DNA from: Reclinomonas americana ATCC 50394
Lineage: Eukaryota
Reading direction: 5' to 3'
Assembly: GCA_048213135.1 (NCBI GenBank)
Contig: PS015010.1
Coordinates: 62,001 to 126,000, forward strand
Length of the DNA: 64,000 bases
Shown here: positions 30,581 through 39,957 of the stretch, piece after piece
Layout: every line of letters begins with the position of its first letter
Numbering within the stretch: the stretch's first letter is position 1
Made by a program: the position numbers and the translations under genes
Notes under the pieces: model-generated
Databases searched by the model: none
Told to the model about the DNA's origin: nothing
The model's input: only the letters and a program-made list of their open reading frames with translations

Positions 30581-33142
30581 ATGGCCAATAAACTTAAATC
30601 TTCCAAAAAAGCACCAGACCCCGGGCAACTGAAACAGGAGAAGGAGGAAGTGGTGGAAGTGAAACAATTATTGAAAGATGAACGCACGCATAAAATTGCG
30701 GGCAGTATACTTTTACTCATAGCGATATTCCTTTTTATCGCCTTTACCTCTTACCTGTTTACCTGGGACGAGGACCAGGACAAGTTCAGCTACCGCATGC
30801 TGCTGGCCAACGATATCAAGGTGCAGAACCTGCTGGGCACATTCGGGGCATTTATGTCGGAGATCTTTATCCGTAAGGGCTTTGGCATTGCTTCTTACCT
30901 TATTTGTTCTTTCTTTTTTGTGTTTGGTATTAATCTCTTCTTTGGTAAAAAAGTCTTTTCCATCAGCCGTAATATCAAGTATCTTATTGTAGGTCTTCCT
31001 GTGATCAGCGTAGCAGCAGCTGTTATCTTCAATGGTAAAGCCTTTCCATGGGGCGGTGCGGCGGGCGATATGATGCGGGACTGGCTGTATAAAACAGTGG
31101 GAGAAGTGGGAACGATTGGTATACTGGCCGTAGCCGTACTCGCTTACATTATCTGGCGGTTCAACCCCGTGTTCAGCCTGCCATCAGCAAAAGACAAACA
31201 GCCTGTGGTCAATAATAATGTGGATGTACCGGAAGATGAGGAGATAACGGAAAAAGTAGAATGGCCTGCTGCTACAGATGTGCAGCAACCGGTTACCGAT
31301 CAGCAGGGCAAAAGCAACGCCCTGAAAGCTGAAGGCAATATACTGGTGGTACCACCACAACAAAACCCAGAACTGAATCATAACTTCACCATTACGGAGA
31401 AGGAGGAGCCGGAGGTAATAATACCGCCGGTTAATAAGGAAGAACCTCCTGTACAGGAACTGGTACCTGAGCCGGAGCCGGAAGTTGAAGAAGAGCCGGA
31501 GATCATCCTGCCGGTAAAACCATCCCGCCCGGTAAGTGCTGCCCAGCCACTGGAACTGGAGATCAAGACAACACCCGAAGCGGAAGAAGAGGAGGAAGAA
31601 GAAGCACCCTCAACCCAACCCAAAAAAGTGACTTCTGCACCTTACGATCCCATACTCGACCTGCGGGATTATAAATACCCGACCATCGACCTGCTGGAAA
31701 ACCACGGCAGTGAAAAGATCGTTCAGGATGCCAATGAACTGGAGAACAACAAGAACCAGATCATCAATACGCTGAAGAACTACGACATCAACATACAGAA
31801 AATATCCGCTACTGTTGGTCCAACCGTTACTTTGTACGAGATCATTCCTGCCGCCGGCGTACGTATATCACGTATCAAGAACCTGGAAGATGATATCGCT
31901 CTGAGCCTTGCCGCGCTGGGCATACGTATCATCGCCCCTATACCCGGCAAAGGCACCATTGGTATAGAAGTGCCCAATACCAGGAAGACGGTGGTAAGTA
32001 TGAAAACCTTATTATCATCTGAAAAATTTCAGACCAATAATTTCTCTCTTCCCATTGCCGTTGGTAAGAAGATCGACAATGAGAACTTTATTGTCGACCT
32101 GGCGAGTATGCCGCACCTGCTGATGGCGGGCGCCACCGGGCAGGGTAAGTCTGTTGGTTTGAATGCCATATTGGTGTCGCTCCTGTACAAGAAACATCCG
32201 TCGCAACTCAAGTTTGTACTGGTGGATCCGAAAAAAGTGGAGCTGAGTATTTACAAACAGATCGAGAAACACTTTTTGGCGAAGCTGCCCGGTGAAGAGG
32301 ACGCTATCATTACCGATACCAAGAAAGTGGTGCATACCCTCAATGCGCTTTGTATTGAAATGGATAACCGGTACGACCTGCTGAAAGAAGCGGGCTGCCG
32401 CAATATTAAAGAGTACAACGAAAAATTTGTTGCCAGAAGGCTCAATCCTGAAAAGGGGCACCAGTTCCTGCCTTTTATTGTTCTGGTGGTGGATGAGTTT
32501 GCCGACCTGATCATGACGGCGGGTAAAGAAGTGGAGATGCCGATCGCCAGGCTGGCGCAGCTGGCACGTGCTGTAGGTATTCACCTGATCATCGCTACGC
32601 AAAGACCGAGTGTGAATATCATTACCGGTACCATCAAGGCCAACTTCCCTGCCCGTATCGCTTTTAAAGTAAGCAGTAAGATCGACAGCCGTACCATCCT
32701 GGATGCTGGCGGCGCCGAACAGCTGATTGGTAAGGGCGATATGCTGATCAGTTATAATGGAGAACTCGTGCGTTTGCAATGCGCATTTGTAGATACACCT
32801 GAGGTGGACAAGATCGTGGAGTATATAGGTGAACAACGCGGTTACCCGCAGGCGTTCCTGTTGCCGGAATACGTGGATGAAAAAGAAATGGAAGGAAAGG
32901 ATTTTGATGTGAATGATAAGGATGCTTTGTTTGAAGATGCCGCCCGTTTGATCGTGGCCAGCCAGGTAGGCAGCACTTCGTTGTTGCAACGCCGGATGAA
33001 ACTGGGTTACAACAGGGCGGGCAGGCTGATGGACCAGCTGGAAGCGGCAGGCGTTGTAGGTACCAACCAGGGCAGCAAGGCCAGGGATGTACTCATTAAA
33101 ACAGAAATGGACCTGCAACAATTGCTCGACGCTATGTCCTGA
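30581..33142 (+). CDS. ftsK: DNA translocase FtsK
   Basis: 4TM N-terminus, Pro/Glu linker, PHLLMAGATGQGKS, DEFADL, ATQRPS, gamma domain LQRRMKLGYNRAGRL. Confidence 0.97.
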   Translation: MANKLKSSKKAPDPGQLKQEKEEVVEVKQLLKDERTHKIAGSILLLIAIFLFIAFTSYLFTWDEDQDKFSYRMLLANDIKVQNLLGTFGAFMSEIFIRKGFGIASYLICSFFFVFGINLFFGKKVFSISRNIKYLIVGLPVISVAAAVIFNGKAFPWGGAAGDMMRDWLYKTVGEVGTIGILAVAVLAYIIWRFNPVFSLPSAKDKQPVVNNNVDVPEDEEITEKVEWPAATDVQQPVTDQQGKSNALKAEGNILVVPPQQNPELNHNFTITEKEEPEVIIPPVNKEEPPVQELVPEPEPEVEEEPEIILPVKPSRPVSAAQPLELEIKTTPEAEEEEEEEAPSTQPKKVTSAPYDPILDLRDYKYPTIDLLENHGSEKIVQDANELENNKNQIINTLKNYDINIQKISATVGPTVTLYEIIPAAGVRISRIKNLEDDIALSLAALGIRIIAPIPGKGTIGIEVPNTRKTVVSMKTLLSSEKFQTNNFSLPIAVGKKIDNENFIVDLASMPHLLMAGATGQGKSVGLNAILVSLLYKKHPSQLKFVLVDPKKVELSIYKQIEKHFLAKLPGEEDAIITDTKKVVHTLNALCIEMDNRYDLLKEAGCRNIKEYNEKFVARRLNPEKGHQFLPFIVLVVDEFADLIMTAGKEVEMPIARLAQLARAVGIHLIIATQRPSVNIITGTIKANFPARIAFKVSSKIDSRTILDAGGAEQLIGKGDMLISYNGELVRLQCAFVDTPEVDKIVEYIGEQRGYPQAFLLPEYVDEKEMEGKDFDVNDKDALFEDAARLIVASQVGSTSLLQRRMKLGYNRAGRLMDQLEAAGVVGTNQGSKARDVLIKTEMDLQQLLDAMS

Positions 33143-33199
33143 TCAAAAAGTTCTTTTTATTTTTGAGCCCGGAATAACCTTAAACTACCGGGATTATTT

Positions 33200-33775
33200 A
33201 TGGCTGAATTCATGATCGTTGGACTGGGCAATGCAGGTGCGGAATATGCCAATACCCGGCATAATATCGGCTTTGATGTAGTGAATGCTTTTGTGCTGAA
33301 ACATGGCGGCAGTTTCCGGACGGATCGTTTAGCTTTTGTGGCAGATATTCGCTGGAAAGGTAAACAAATTGTATGTGTTTGCCCGACGACATTTATGAAC
33401 CTTAGCGGGAAAGCTTTCCGCTATTGGATGGATAAAGAAAAAGTACCCCTCGAAAATACGCTTACCATTGTAGATGACCTGGCGCTTCCGCTGGAGAAGA
33501 TTCGCATTCGTGCGGCGGGAAGTGCGGCAGGACACAACGGTCTTAAAGACATCCAGCAGGTGCTGGGAACAGATGCTTACCCTAAATTACGTTTTGGTAT
33601 CGGTAACAGCTACCCGAAAGGAATGCAGGCAGACTTTGTATTAGGTAAATGGATGAAGTCAGAAGAAACGCAGGTTGCATTAAAAGTGCAGAAGTCCGTT
33701 GAAGTGATAGAAGCCTTCATCAGTACCGGTATCGAACGCACTATGTCGGCGTATAATAATATATCCATAACTTAA
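33200..33775 (+). CDS. pth: Peptidyl-tRNA hydrolase
   Basis: GLGN, TRHNIGF, TFMNLSG, GHNGLK. Confidence 0.96.
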   Translation: MAEFMIVGLGNAGAEYANTRHNIGFDVVNAFVLKHGGSFRTDRLAFVADIRWKGKQIVCVCPTTFMNLSGKAFRYWMDKEKVPLENTLTIVDDLALPLEKIRIRAAGSAAGHNGLKDIQQVLGTDAYPKLRFGIGNSYPKGMQADFVLGKWMKSEETQVALKVQKSVEVIEAFISTGIERTMSAYNNISIT

Positions 33776-33871
33776 CATAGGTAAGTAATAGCGGTCATAT
33801 ACATAATTGTTTTTTCTAAGCTATTTATCTATATTCGCCGTTGGATATTCGTTCTACCTAAAAGATCTTAG

Positions 33872-34483
33872 ATGAAAATTATTTGTGTTGGACGCAACTA
33901 TGCGGAGCATGCCAATGAGTTAGGCAATGATATTCCTGAAGAACCGGTTATTTTCATGAAACCGAAAAGTGCCCTTCTTCAAAATCATACGCCTTTCTAT
34001 TACCCTGAGTTCACCAATGAACTTCACTACGAATGTGAGCTGGTATTGCGTATTTGCAAGAATGGAAAATATATACAGGAACGTCATGCTTCCAATTACT
34101 ATGACGCGTTCACCGTGGGGATTGATTTTACTGCACGCGATATACAGACCGAACTGAAAAAGAAAGGACTGCCCTGGGAAAAAGCCAAAGCCTTTGATAA
34201 CTCCGCGGCGCTTGGTAAATTCATTCCCATTACCTCTGCAGTTAATAAAAAGAACATCAGCTTTTGTTTGTATAAAAGTGAAGAGCTGGTACAGCAGGGC
34301 AATTCATCACAGATGATCTTCAGTTTTGATACCATCATTGAACACGTTTCCAATTATTTTTCCCTCAACATCGGCGATCTCATCTTTACCGGTACACCGG
34401 CGGGTGTAGGCGAATGCGTGGTAGGCGACCAACTGGATGCTTTTATTGAAGATCAGAAACTGCTGAGCCTGGAGATCAAATAG
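33872..34483 (+). CDS. Fumarylacetoacetate hydrolase family protein
   Basis: IICVGRNYAEH, HYECEL, DFTARD, GDLIFTGTPAGVG. Confidence 0.93.
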   Translation: MKIICVGRNYAEHANELGNDIPEEPVIFMKPKSALLQNHTPFYYPEFTNELHYECELVLRICKNGKYIQERHASNYYDAFTVGIDFTARDIQTELKKKGLPWEKAKAFDNSAALGKFIPITSAVNKKNISFCLYKSEELVQQGNSSQMIFSFDTIIEHVSNYFSLNIGDLIFTGTPAGVGECVVGDQLDAFIEDQKLLSLEIK

Positions 34484-34691
34484 AGTTTAGTTATTAGTTG
34501 TTAGTCATTAGTATTGAGTGGTACAGATCGTACCTGTTAAGGTACTGTGGCTCCTGGTGGGTATATACTACTTCCCGTATAATAAATCCCTCATCCGGTA
34601 TCCCGCATCTCATATCCTATATCCTGCATTCCTTATCTTGCATCTCTCATCCATTTTCCCTTTTTAATTTTTACTTTTGAATTTTGAATTG
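34484..34691. repeat. Three adjacent degenerate heptamer arrays
   Basis: TTAGTTA/TTAGTCA units, then ATCCGGT/ATCCCGC/ATCTCAT units, then TTTTAAT/TTTTACT/TTTGAAT units. Confidence 0.7.
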
Positions 34692-34698
34692 ACCTTCC

Positions 34699-36765
34699 AT
34701 GATTGCTACCGATATTCTCATTAAAGCATACCGGCTGATGTGTATGGCTAAAGTAATGGCCGATACTTACGAAGCCAACCGACAGGTATGTAAATATGTT
34801 CACTCCACTTCCCGGGGGCACGAAGCCATTCAGTTGGCCGCTGCGTTCCAGTTGCTGCCCTGCGATTATATCAGTCCTTATTACCGCGACGAAAGTATTT
34901 TGCTTGGTCTTGGATTTACGCCTTACGAGCTGATGCTGCAGTTGCTTGCCAAAGGTGATGATATATTTACAGGCGGAAGAGAGTATTACAGTCACCCTAA
35001 TTATAAAGGCGACGATAAACCCCGCATCATTCACCAGAGCAGTGCCACCGGCATGCAGGCCATTCCTACAACAGGACTGGCACAGGGCATCAAATACCTT
35101 GAAAAGATACAGTCGGCACAATTGCGTACCGGTCCCAATGGAGAGAACCCGGTTGTGATCTGCTCACTGGGCGACGCGTCTGTAACCGAAGGGGAAGTGA
35201 GTGAGGCATTCCAGTTTGCCGCGCTGCACCAGTTGCCGGTTATCTTCCTGGTACAGGACAATAACTGGGGCATCAGCGTTACCTCCGCCGAAGCCCGCAC
35301 CAGCAACGCCAATGAAATGGTAAAAGGCTTTAAAGGAATAAAGCGTATAAGCATTAACGGTAGTGACTTTGTACAGAGTTATGAAGTAATGCAGAATGTG
35401 GTGGAGGAAGTGCGTAAAGAACGGCATCCTTTCCTCGTGCATGCACGCGTACCCCTGCTCGGTCACCATACCAGCGGCGTACGCAGGGAGTTTTACCGTA
35501 CGCCTGAAGACCTGGCCACGCATACGCTTGACGATCCGGGGCCTTTGCTCCGCCGTCGTTTGGAGGAAATGGGATTACCCGAAGAACACTTAATCGATAT
35601 AGAAAGACAGGCTGCGGAAGAAATAGAAAAACAGTTCCAGGCGGCAGTCGCGGCCCCGGAGCCTGATCCGTCAACAGTTACCAGTCATGTATTCGCACCC
35701 ACGCCTGTATTGCAGGAGCAGGGCGAACGCAACCCGGCGGGTAAAGAAAAAGTGCTGATGGTGGATGCTGCCCTGTTTGCCATCAGGGAAATTATGGAAA
35801 GCTGCCCCGAGGCAGTATTGTACGGACAGGACGTAGGACGCAGGCTGGGTGGCGTTTTCCGCGAGGCCGCCACGCTGGCTGAACAGTTCGGTGATCACCG
35901 GGTATTTAATACCGCCATACAGGAGGCCTATATCATTGGCAGTACGGTAGGTATGAGTGCCGTGGGCGCCAAACCCATTGTAGAAGTACAGTTCGCCGAT
36001 TATATCTATCCCGGACTTAACCAGCTGGTGACGGAAATATCCAAAAGCTGCTACCTCAGTTGCGGCAAGTATCCCGTGCAAACGCTCATTCGTGTGCCCA
36101 TTGGCGCTTACGGCGGCGGTGGACCCTATCACAGCGGCAGCGTGGAAAGTACCCTGCTTACCATCAAAGGTATTAAAGTGGTGTATCCTTCCAATGCGGC
36201 TGATATGAAAGGGTTGCTCAAAGCGGCCTTCCACGACCCGAACCCGGTAGTGATGCTGGAACATAAAGGGCTGTACTGGAGTAAAGTGCCGGGTACCGAG
36301 GAGGCCAAAACAACAGAACCATCCGAAGATTATATCATACCCCTTGGAAAGGGGAGAACGGTGCTGAAAGCCAGCGACGACGCCCTGGATGAAGGAGCTA
36401 CCTGCTGCATCATCACGTACGGCATGGGGGTATACTGGTCAAAAGCCGCGGCGGAACAATTCCCCGGCAGGGTAGAGATCATCGACCTGCGCTGCCTGTT
36501 CCCGCTGGATGAAGAACTTATTTTTGATACGGTGAAAAAACATGGTAAATGCCTGGTGGTGACGGAAGAACAGCAGAATAACTCCTTCTCGGAGGCACTG
36601 GCCGGGCGGATCAGCAAACACTGTTTCCGCTACCTGGATGGCCCTGTGGAAGTGATCGGGGCGCTGGACCTGCCTGCCGTTCCCATGAATATGTTACTGG
36701 AAAAAGCCATGCTGCCCGATGCGGGGAAGGTGGCGGAAAGGATTCGCCAATTATTGGACAGTTAA
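34699..36765 (+). CDS. 2-oxo-acid dehydrogenase E1, fused alpha/beta (branched-chain-like)
   Basis: GDAS...QDNNWGIS TPP motif; YGQDVG, EVQFADY, GGPYHS beta-subunit motifs. Confidence 0.9.
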   Translation: MIATDILIKAYRLMCMAKVMADTYEANRQVCKYVHSTSRGHEAIQLAAAFQLLPCDYISPYYRDESILLGLGFTPYELMLQLLAKGDDIFTGGREYYSHPNYKGDDKPRIIHQSSATGMQAIPTTGLAQGIKYLEKIQSAQLRTGPNGENPVVICSLGDASVTEGEVSEAFQFAALHQLPVIFLVQDNNWGISVTSAEARTSNANEMVKGFKGIKRISINGSDFVQSYEVMQNVVEEVRKERHPFLVHARVPLLGHHTSGVRREFYRTPEDLATHTLDDPGPLLRRRLEEMGLPEEHLIDIERQAAEEIEKQFQAAVAAPEPDPSTVTSHVFAPTPVLQEQGERNPAGKEKVLMVDAALFAIREIMESCPEAVLYGQDVGRRLGGVFREAATLAEQFGDHRVFNTAIQEAYIIGSTVGMSAVGAKPIVEVQFADYIYPGLNQLVTEISKSCYLSCGKYPVQTLIRVPIGAYGGGGPYHSGSVESTLLTIKGIKVVYPSNAADMKGLLKAAFHDPNPVVMLEHKGLYWSKVPGTEEAKTTEPSEDYIIPLGKGRTVLKASDDALDEGATCCIITYGMGVYWSKAAAEQFPGRVEIIDLRCLFPLDEELIFDTVKKHGKCLVVTEEQQNNSFSEALAGRISKHCFRYLDGPVEVIGALDLPAVPMNMLLEKAMLPDAGKVAERIRQLLDS

Positions 36766-36789
36766 CAGCGGTTTTTAGCCAAAAACGCC

Positions 36790-36797
36790 TATATTTG
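36790..36797 (+). promoter_or_regulatory. -7 promoter box for tRNA
   Basis: TATATTTG, 16 nt upstream of the tRNA. Confidence 0.75.
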
Positions 36798-36813
36798 CAC
36801 CCCGTTTTGGGAT

Positions 36814-36887
36814 GCCGGGGTAGCTCAGCTGGTTAGAGCATCGGATTCATAACCCGAAGGTCGGCAGTTCAAGTCTGCTCTCCGGTA
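36814..36887 (+). tRNA. tRNA with CAT anticodon (elongator Met most likely; Ile2 not excluded)
   Basis: Acceptor GCCGGGG/CTCCGGT, D arm TAGCTCAGCTGGTTAGAGC, anticodon loop TTCATAA, T arm GGCAG-TTCAAGT-CTGCT; no encoded CCA; lacks the three G-C anticodon pairs of initiator tRNA. Confidence 0.93.
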
Positions 36888-36889
36888 CA

Positions 36890-36921
36890 GAGCCTAAATC
36901 TGAAAGGATTTAGGCTTTTTT
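36890..36921 (+). terminator. Terminator after tRNA
   Basis: AGCCTAAATC-TGAAAG-GATTTAGGCT followed by a T run. Confidence 0.85.
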
Positions 36922-36936
36922 ATTTTCTCAAGTCAC

Positions 36937-37021
36937 CGGATTCATATCCGCCGGCTGGCGGACCCCGCTGTTTGCGGGGCTCTGGTACAAGGGCTGAGTC
37001 TGAAAGGATTTGGACTTTTTT
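36937..37021 (+). pseudogene. Decayed copy of tRNA 3' half plus terminator, with palindromic insertions
   Basis: CGGATTCATA, CTCTGGTACA and TCTGAAAGGATTTGGACTTTTTT match 36842-36921 in the same order. Confidence 0.65.
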
Positions 37022-37043
37022 GTTGATTGCAAACCTGTACGTC

Positions 37044-37391
37044 TTACAAGCCTAACTTTTCCCTGCCCAGTAACAAACATATGAAGATGATCACCGAAAA
37101 CAAGCTCCCCACCGGCAGGTACCACAGGGTGAGCACACACAAAATAAGTCCGGCAGTATATGCCCAGTCCGCCGCCTGCCAGCAACCATAGAGCCACACC
37201 AGCCAGAGCAAACCGTATACAATGAACAACGGCCCAAGTTTGAATACATCAACATGCATCTTATAAAAAAGATTCGCCCAGGGACCGGGTTTTTCGGGGC
37301 CGATATATTTGCCTTTCAGCATAACATAAATGCCGTCGGCGAACATGTAGGCACCGTTAAGAAAGGCGAGGAGGGAGATGAGTATTTTCAT
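37044..37391 (-). CDS. Small hypothetical membrane protein
   Basis: 115 aa with about four hydrophobic segments; near-consensus promoter upstream. Confidence 0.75.
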   Translation of the reverse strand: MKILISLLAFLNGAYMFADGIYVMLKGKYIGPEKPGPWANLFYKMHVDVFKLGPLFIVYGLLWLVWLYGCWQAADWAYTAGLILCVLTLWYLPVGSLFSVIIFICLLLGREKLGL

Positions 37392-37474
37392 GATGTTGTG
37401 AAAGTAAAAATTAAAAAGCCAAAATTCAAAACTACGCTATACGGGTTCCTTCTGATTGCATACTTTGTTGCATT

Positions 37475-37540
37475 ATGAAAATGATATCCCTTCCCGGTGG
37501 CTCTGAATGGCTGCTGATACTCATGCTGTTCTTCGGTTGC
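37475..37540 (+). pseudogene. TatA-like N-terminal fragment abutting a repeat
   Basis: MKMISLPGGSEWLLILMLFFG resembles the Bacteroidota TatA TM helix and FG hinge; the frame then runs into repeat DNA. Confidence 0.45.
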
Positions 37541-37760
37541 TGTGCAAATGTGCGGATTGGGAGATTTGGTGATTTGAAAATGTACCGATGTAACCAATCA
37601 TCCGCACCTGCTCCGGAGGAACATTTGGTGGGTAGCCACACGGCATGGCGGTGTGGCGCGTTCCGGAGGAACGCATGGTGGGTTCATGATGAATCATGTG
37701 ATGCCGTACAAGTGTGCGACGCAACGATGATGCGCAAAGAACCAATGCCGGTAAACAAAA
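37541..37760. repeat. Composite REP-like dispersed repeat, copy 2 (inverted relative to copy 1)
   Basis: Reverse complement shares CACTTGTACGGCATCACAT, CCCACCATGCGTTCCTCCGGAACGC and CTACCCACCA with 13299-13562. Confidence 0.85.
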
Positions 37761-37783
37761 ATCCCGGGCCATATAACCCGGGA
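37757..37783 (-). terminator. Terminator after dipeptidase gene
   Basis: TCCCGGG/CCCGGGA stem with T tract on the minus strand. Confidence 0.7.
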
Positions 37784-37805
37784 CTGAATTTTATTGATGG
37801 ACCAT

Positions 37806-39170
37806 TTATCCTTCCGTAAAAAATTGATGGAAGTAAGGAATGGTCTCGATGCCTTTGTAGAAATTGGCGAGGTTGAATTTTTCATTCGGGCTGTGCAGGT
37901 TGTCACTGTCCAGTCCGAATCCCATGAACACGATCTTGATGCCGAGTTCTTTTTCAAACAGGGCGCAGATGGGAATACTGCCGCCACCGCGAACCGGTAT
38001 CGGTGTTTTGCCAAAAGTGGCTTCCATGGCTTTGGCCGCTGCCTGGTAGGCCTTACTGTCGATAGGCGTCATATAAGGTTCGCCGCCATGATGGAGGGAA
38101 GCTTTTACGGTCACGTAAGGAGGAGCAATGCTCTGCAGGTGGTTGATAAGTATATCGGTGATCTTGTCCGTGGTTTGATTGGGAACGAGGCGTGCCGATA
38201 TTTTAGCGAATGCCTTACTTGGCAGTACGGTTTTGGCGCCTTCACCGGTATAGCCGCCCCAGATGCCGTTGAGTTCGAGGGTAGGGCGTATGCCTGTTCT
38301 TTCATTGGTGCTGAAACCTTTTTCGCCCCAGAGTTCTTTTACACCCAGATCGTCTTTGTATTCCTGTTCGTCGAATGGCGCCATGGCCATCAGTTTCCTT
38401 TCTTCATCGGTAGCGATGGCTACGTCATCGTAAAAGCCGGGTATGGTGATATGGTTGTTCTCGTCATGAAGCGAAGCGATCATTTTAGCCAGGATGGTGA
38501 TGGGGTTGGCTACCGCGCCGCCATATACACCGCTGTGCAGGTCGCGGTTAGGACCTGTCACTTCCACTTCAATATAACTGAGGCCGCGAACACCGATGTC
38601 GATGCTGGGTGTATCAAGACTAATCATAGCGCTGTCGCTGATGAGGATACAGTCGGCTTTGAGCAGGTCTTTATGCGAGGCGACAAACTTGCCGAGGTTC
38701 GGCGAACCCACTTCTTCCTCACCTTCAATACAAAACTTGATGTTGTTGGTGAGGGTGCCGGTCTGCACCAGGGTTTCCAGTGCTTTTACATGCATATAAA
38801 ATTGTCCCTTATCGTCGCAGCTGCCACGGGCGAATATTTTACCGTCGATGATCACCGGGTCAAACGGACCGCTTTTCCAGAGTTCCAGTGGTTCCGGCGG
38901 TTGTACATCGTAATGGCCGTATACCAGTACTGTAGGTTTGGAAGGATCAACGATCTTTTCACCATATACCAGCGGGTGGCCATCGGTTTCATATATCTCC
39001 GCCTTATCGGCTCCGGCTTCCAGCAGTCTTGCTTTAACGGCTTCGGCGCAACGGAGCATGTCGTCTTTGTGTTCACTTTTGGCGCTTACGCTGGGGATGC
39101 GCAGCAGTTCGAGCAGTTCTTCCAGGAAGCGATCTTTATTCTTTTCCTGGTATTCTTTCCACGCTTGCAT
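37806..39170 (-). CDS. M20 family dipeptidase
   Basis: YGHYDVQP, ARGSCDDKGQ, EGEEEVGS, DLHSG, HSPNEK. Confidence 0.93.
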   Translation of the reverse strand: MQAWKEYQEKNKDRFLEELLELLRIPSVSAKSEHKDDMLRCAEAVKARLLEAGADKAEIYETDGHPLVYGEKIVDPSKPTVLVYGHYDVQPPEPLELWKSGPFDPVIIDGKIFARGSCDDKGQFYMHVKALETLVQTGTLTNNIKFCIEGEEEVGSPNLGKFVASHKDLLKADCILISDSAMISLDTPSIDIGVRGLSYIEVEVTGPNRDLHSGVYGGAVANPITILAKMIASLHDENNHITIPGFYDDVAIATDEERKLMAMAPFDEQEYKDDLGVKELWGEKGFSTNERTGIRPTLELNGIWGGYTGEGAKTVLPSKAFAKISARLVPNQTTDKITDILINHLQSIAPPYVTVKASLHHGGEPYMTPIDSKAYQAAAKAMEATFGKTPIPVRGGGSIPICALFEKELGIKIVFMGFGLDSDNLHSPNEKFNLANFYKGIETIPYFHQFFTEG

Positions 39171-39287
39171 GTGACAAGTATTAAGGGTTGAAAAATAGAA
39201 AATTCAGGTCAACGAAAGTAAGCGTTTTTGACCGCAATATGACGATGTAAACAAACTCTAAAATTTTGCAAAAAAAGGCGCTCTTTT

Positions 39288-39318
39288 TTTGCCGGAATAA
39301 CCCGGGCATTTATATTTG
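39288..39318 (+). promoter_or_regulatory. Consensus Bacteroidota sigmaA promoter with no downstream ORF
   Basis: TTTG (39288-39291)-N19-TATATTTG (39311-39318). Confidence 0.7.
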
Positions 39319-39323
39319 CCTCA

Positions 39324-39410
39324 GATTGTTTGTCAATTTATCAGCCTTTGTTCTAGTTGTGCAATAAACCAGCGCCTCTATTACAAAGGCTGAGTCGATT
39401 TTGGACCTTT
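39324..39410 (+). ncRNA. Candidate small RNA (long hairpin)
   Basis: TCAGCCTTTGT/ACAAAGGCTGA 11-bp stem directly downstream of the promoter. Confidence 0.4.
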
Positions 39411-39414
39411 CCCC

Positions 39415-39933
39415 TTACTTCCGTGGTTGTAATAACCGCAGTACCAGGCCGGTGAGCAGGTACAGTATCACCAGTATTACCAGCAGCCATTTGATAGCGG
39501 AAAAACAACAGGTGAGCAGCGCGATATTGTTATAAATAGTCCCGTTCAGGCTCATCAGCATGCCGGCGTTTTCAAGTATGTCGAGGAAACCGGCGAGCAG
39601 GGCCGCCTGTGCCAGCAGTGAACCGGCACGGCCATAATTGCCTTTGATAACAGCGCCCAGCCGAAGGCAGCTGGCGGAAAGAAAGAAGGCATAGAAAAAC
39701 AGAAAGATGAAGTCGAGCCAGGTATTCACTTTGGCCTTGCTGATATTGTCCACATCGGCCGCCGGTGTCCATGCTTTAAGAATATCATTTACCTGTACGG
39801 CATTGCTGGCCAACTCCAGGTTAACAATGCCATAGGGTGTTGCCGGTGTTTTCAGCGAAGCGCCGGTAATGGCCATGACCACTACCATGATGAGGGTGCC
39901 TGCCAGCAGGAACCAGTACGTATATTTTTTCAT
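39415..39933 (-). CDS. Hypothetical membrane protein
   Basis: 172 aa with several TM segments; GIVNLELA, LDFIF and DILEN motifs. Confidence 0.78.
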   Translation of the reverse strand: MKKYTYWFLLAGTLIMVVVMAITGASLKTPATPYGIVNLELASNAVQVNDILKAWTPAADVDNISKAKVNTWLDFIFLFFYAFFLSASCLRLGAVIKGNYGRAGSLLAQAALLAGFLDILENAGMLMSLNGTIYNNIALLTCCFSAIKWLLVILVILYLLTGLVLRLLQPRK

Positions 39934-39957
39934 GAACGGAGTTGCTAACGGAAGCGG

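Noticed and set aside
36888-37805. Genomic island or prophage at the tRNA
   Set aside because: No integrase or phage genes; only a scar-like duplicate, one small membrane gene and repeats.
37794-39191. 465-aa ORF on + strand
   Set aside because: Antisense shadow of the M20 dipeptidase with no recognisable motifs.
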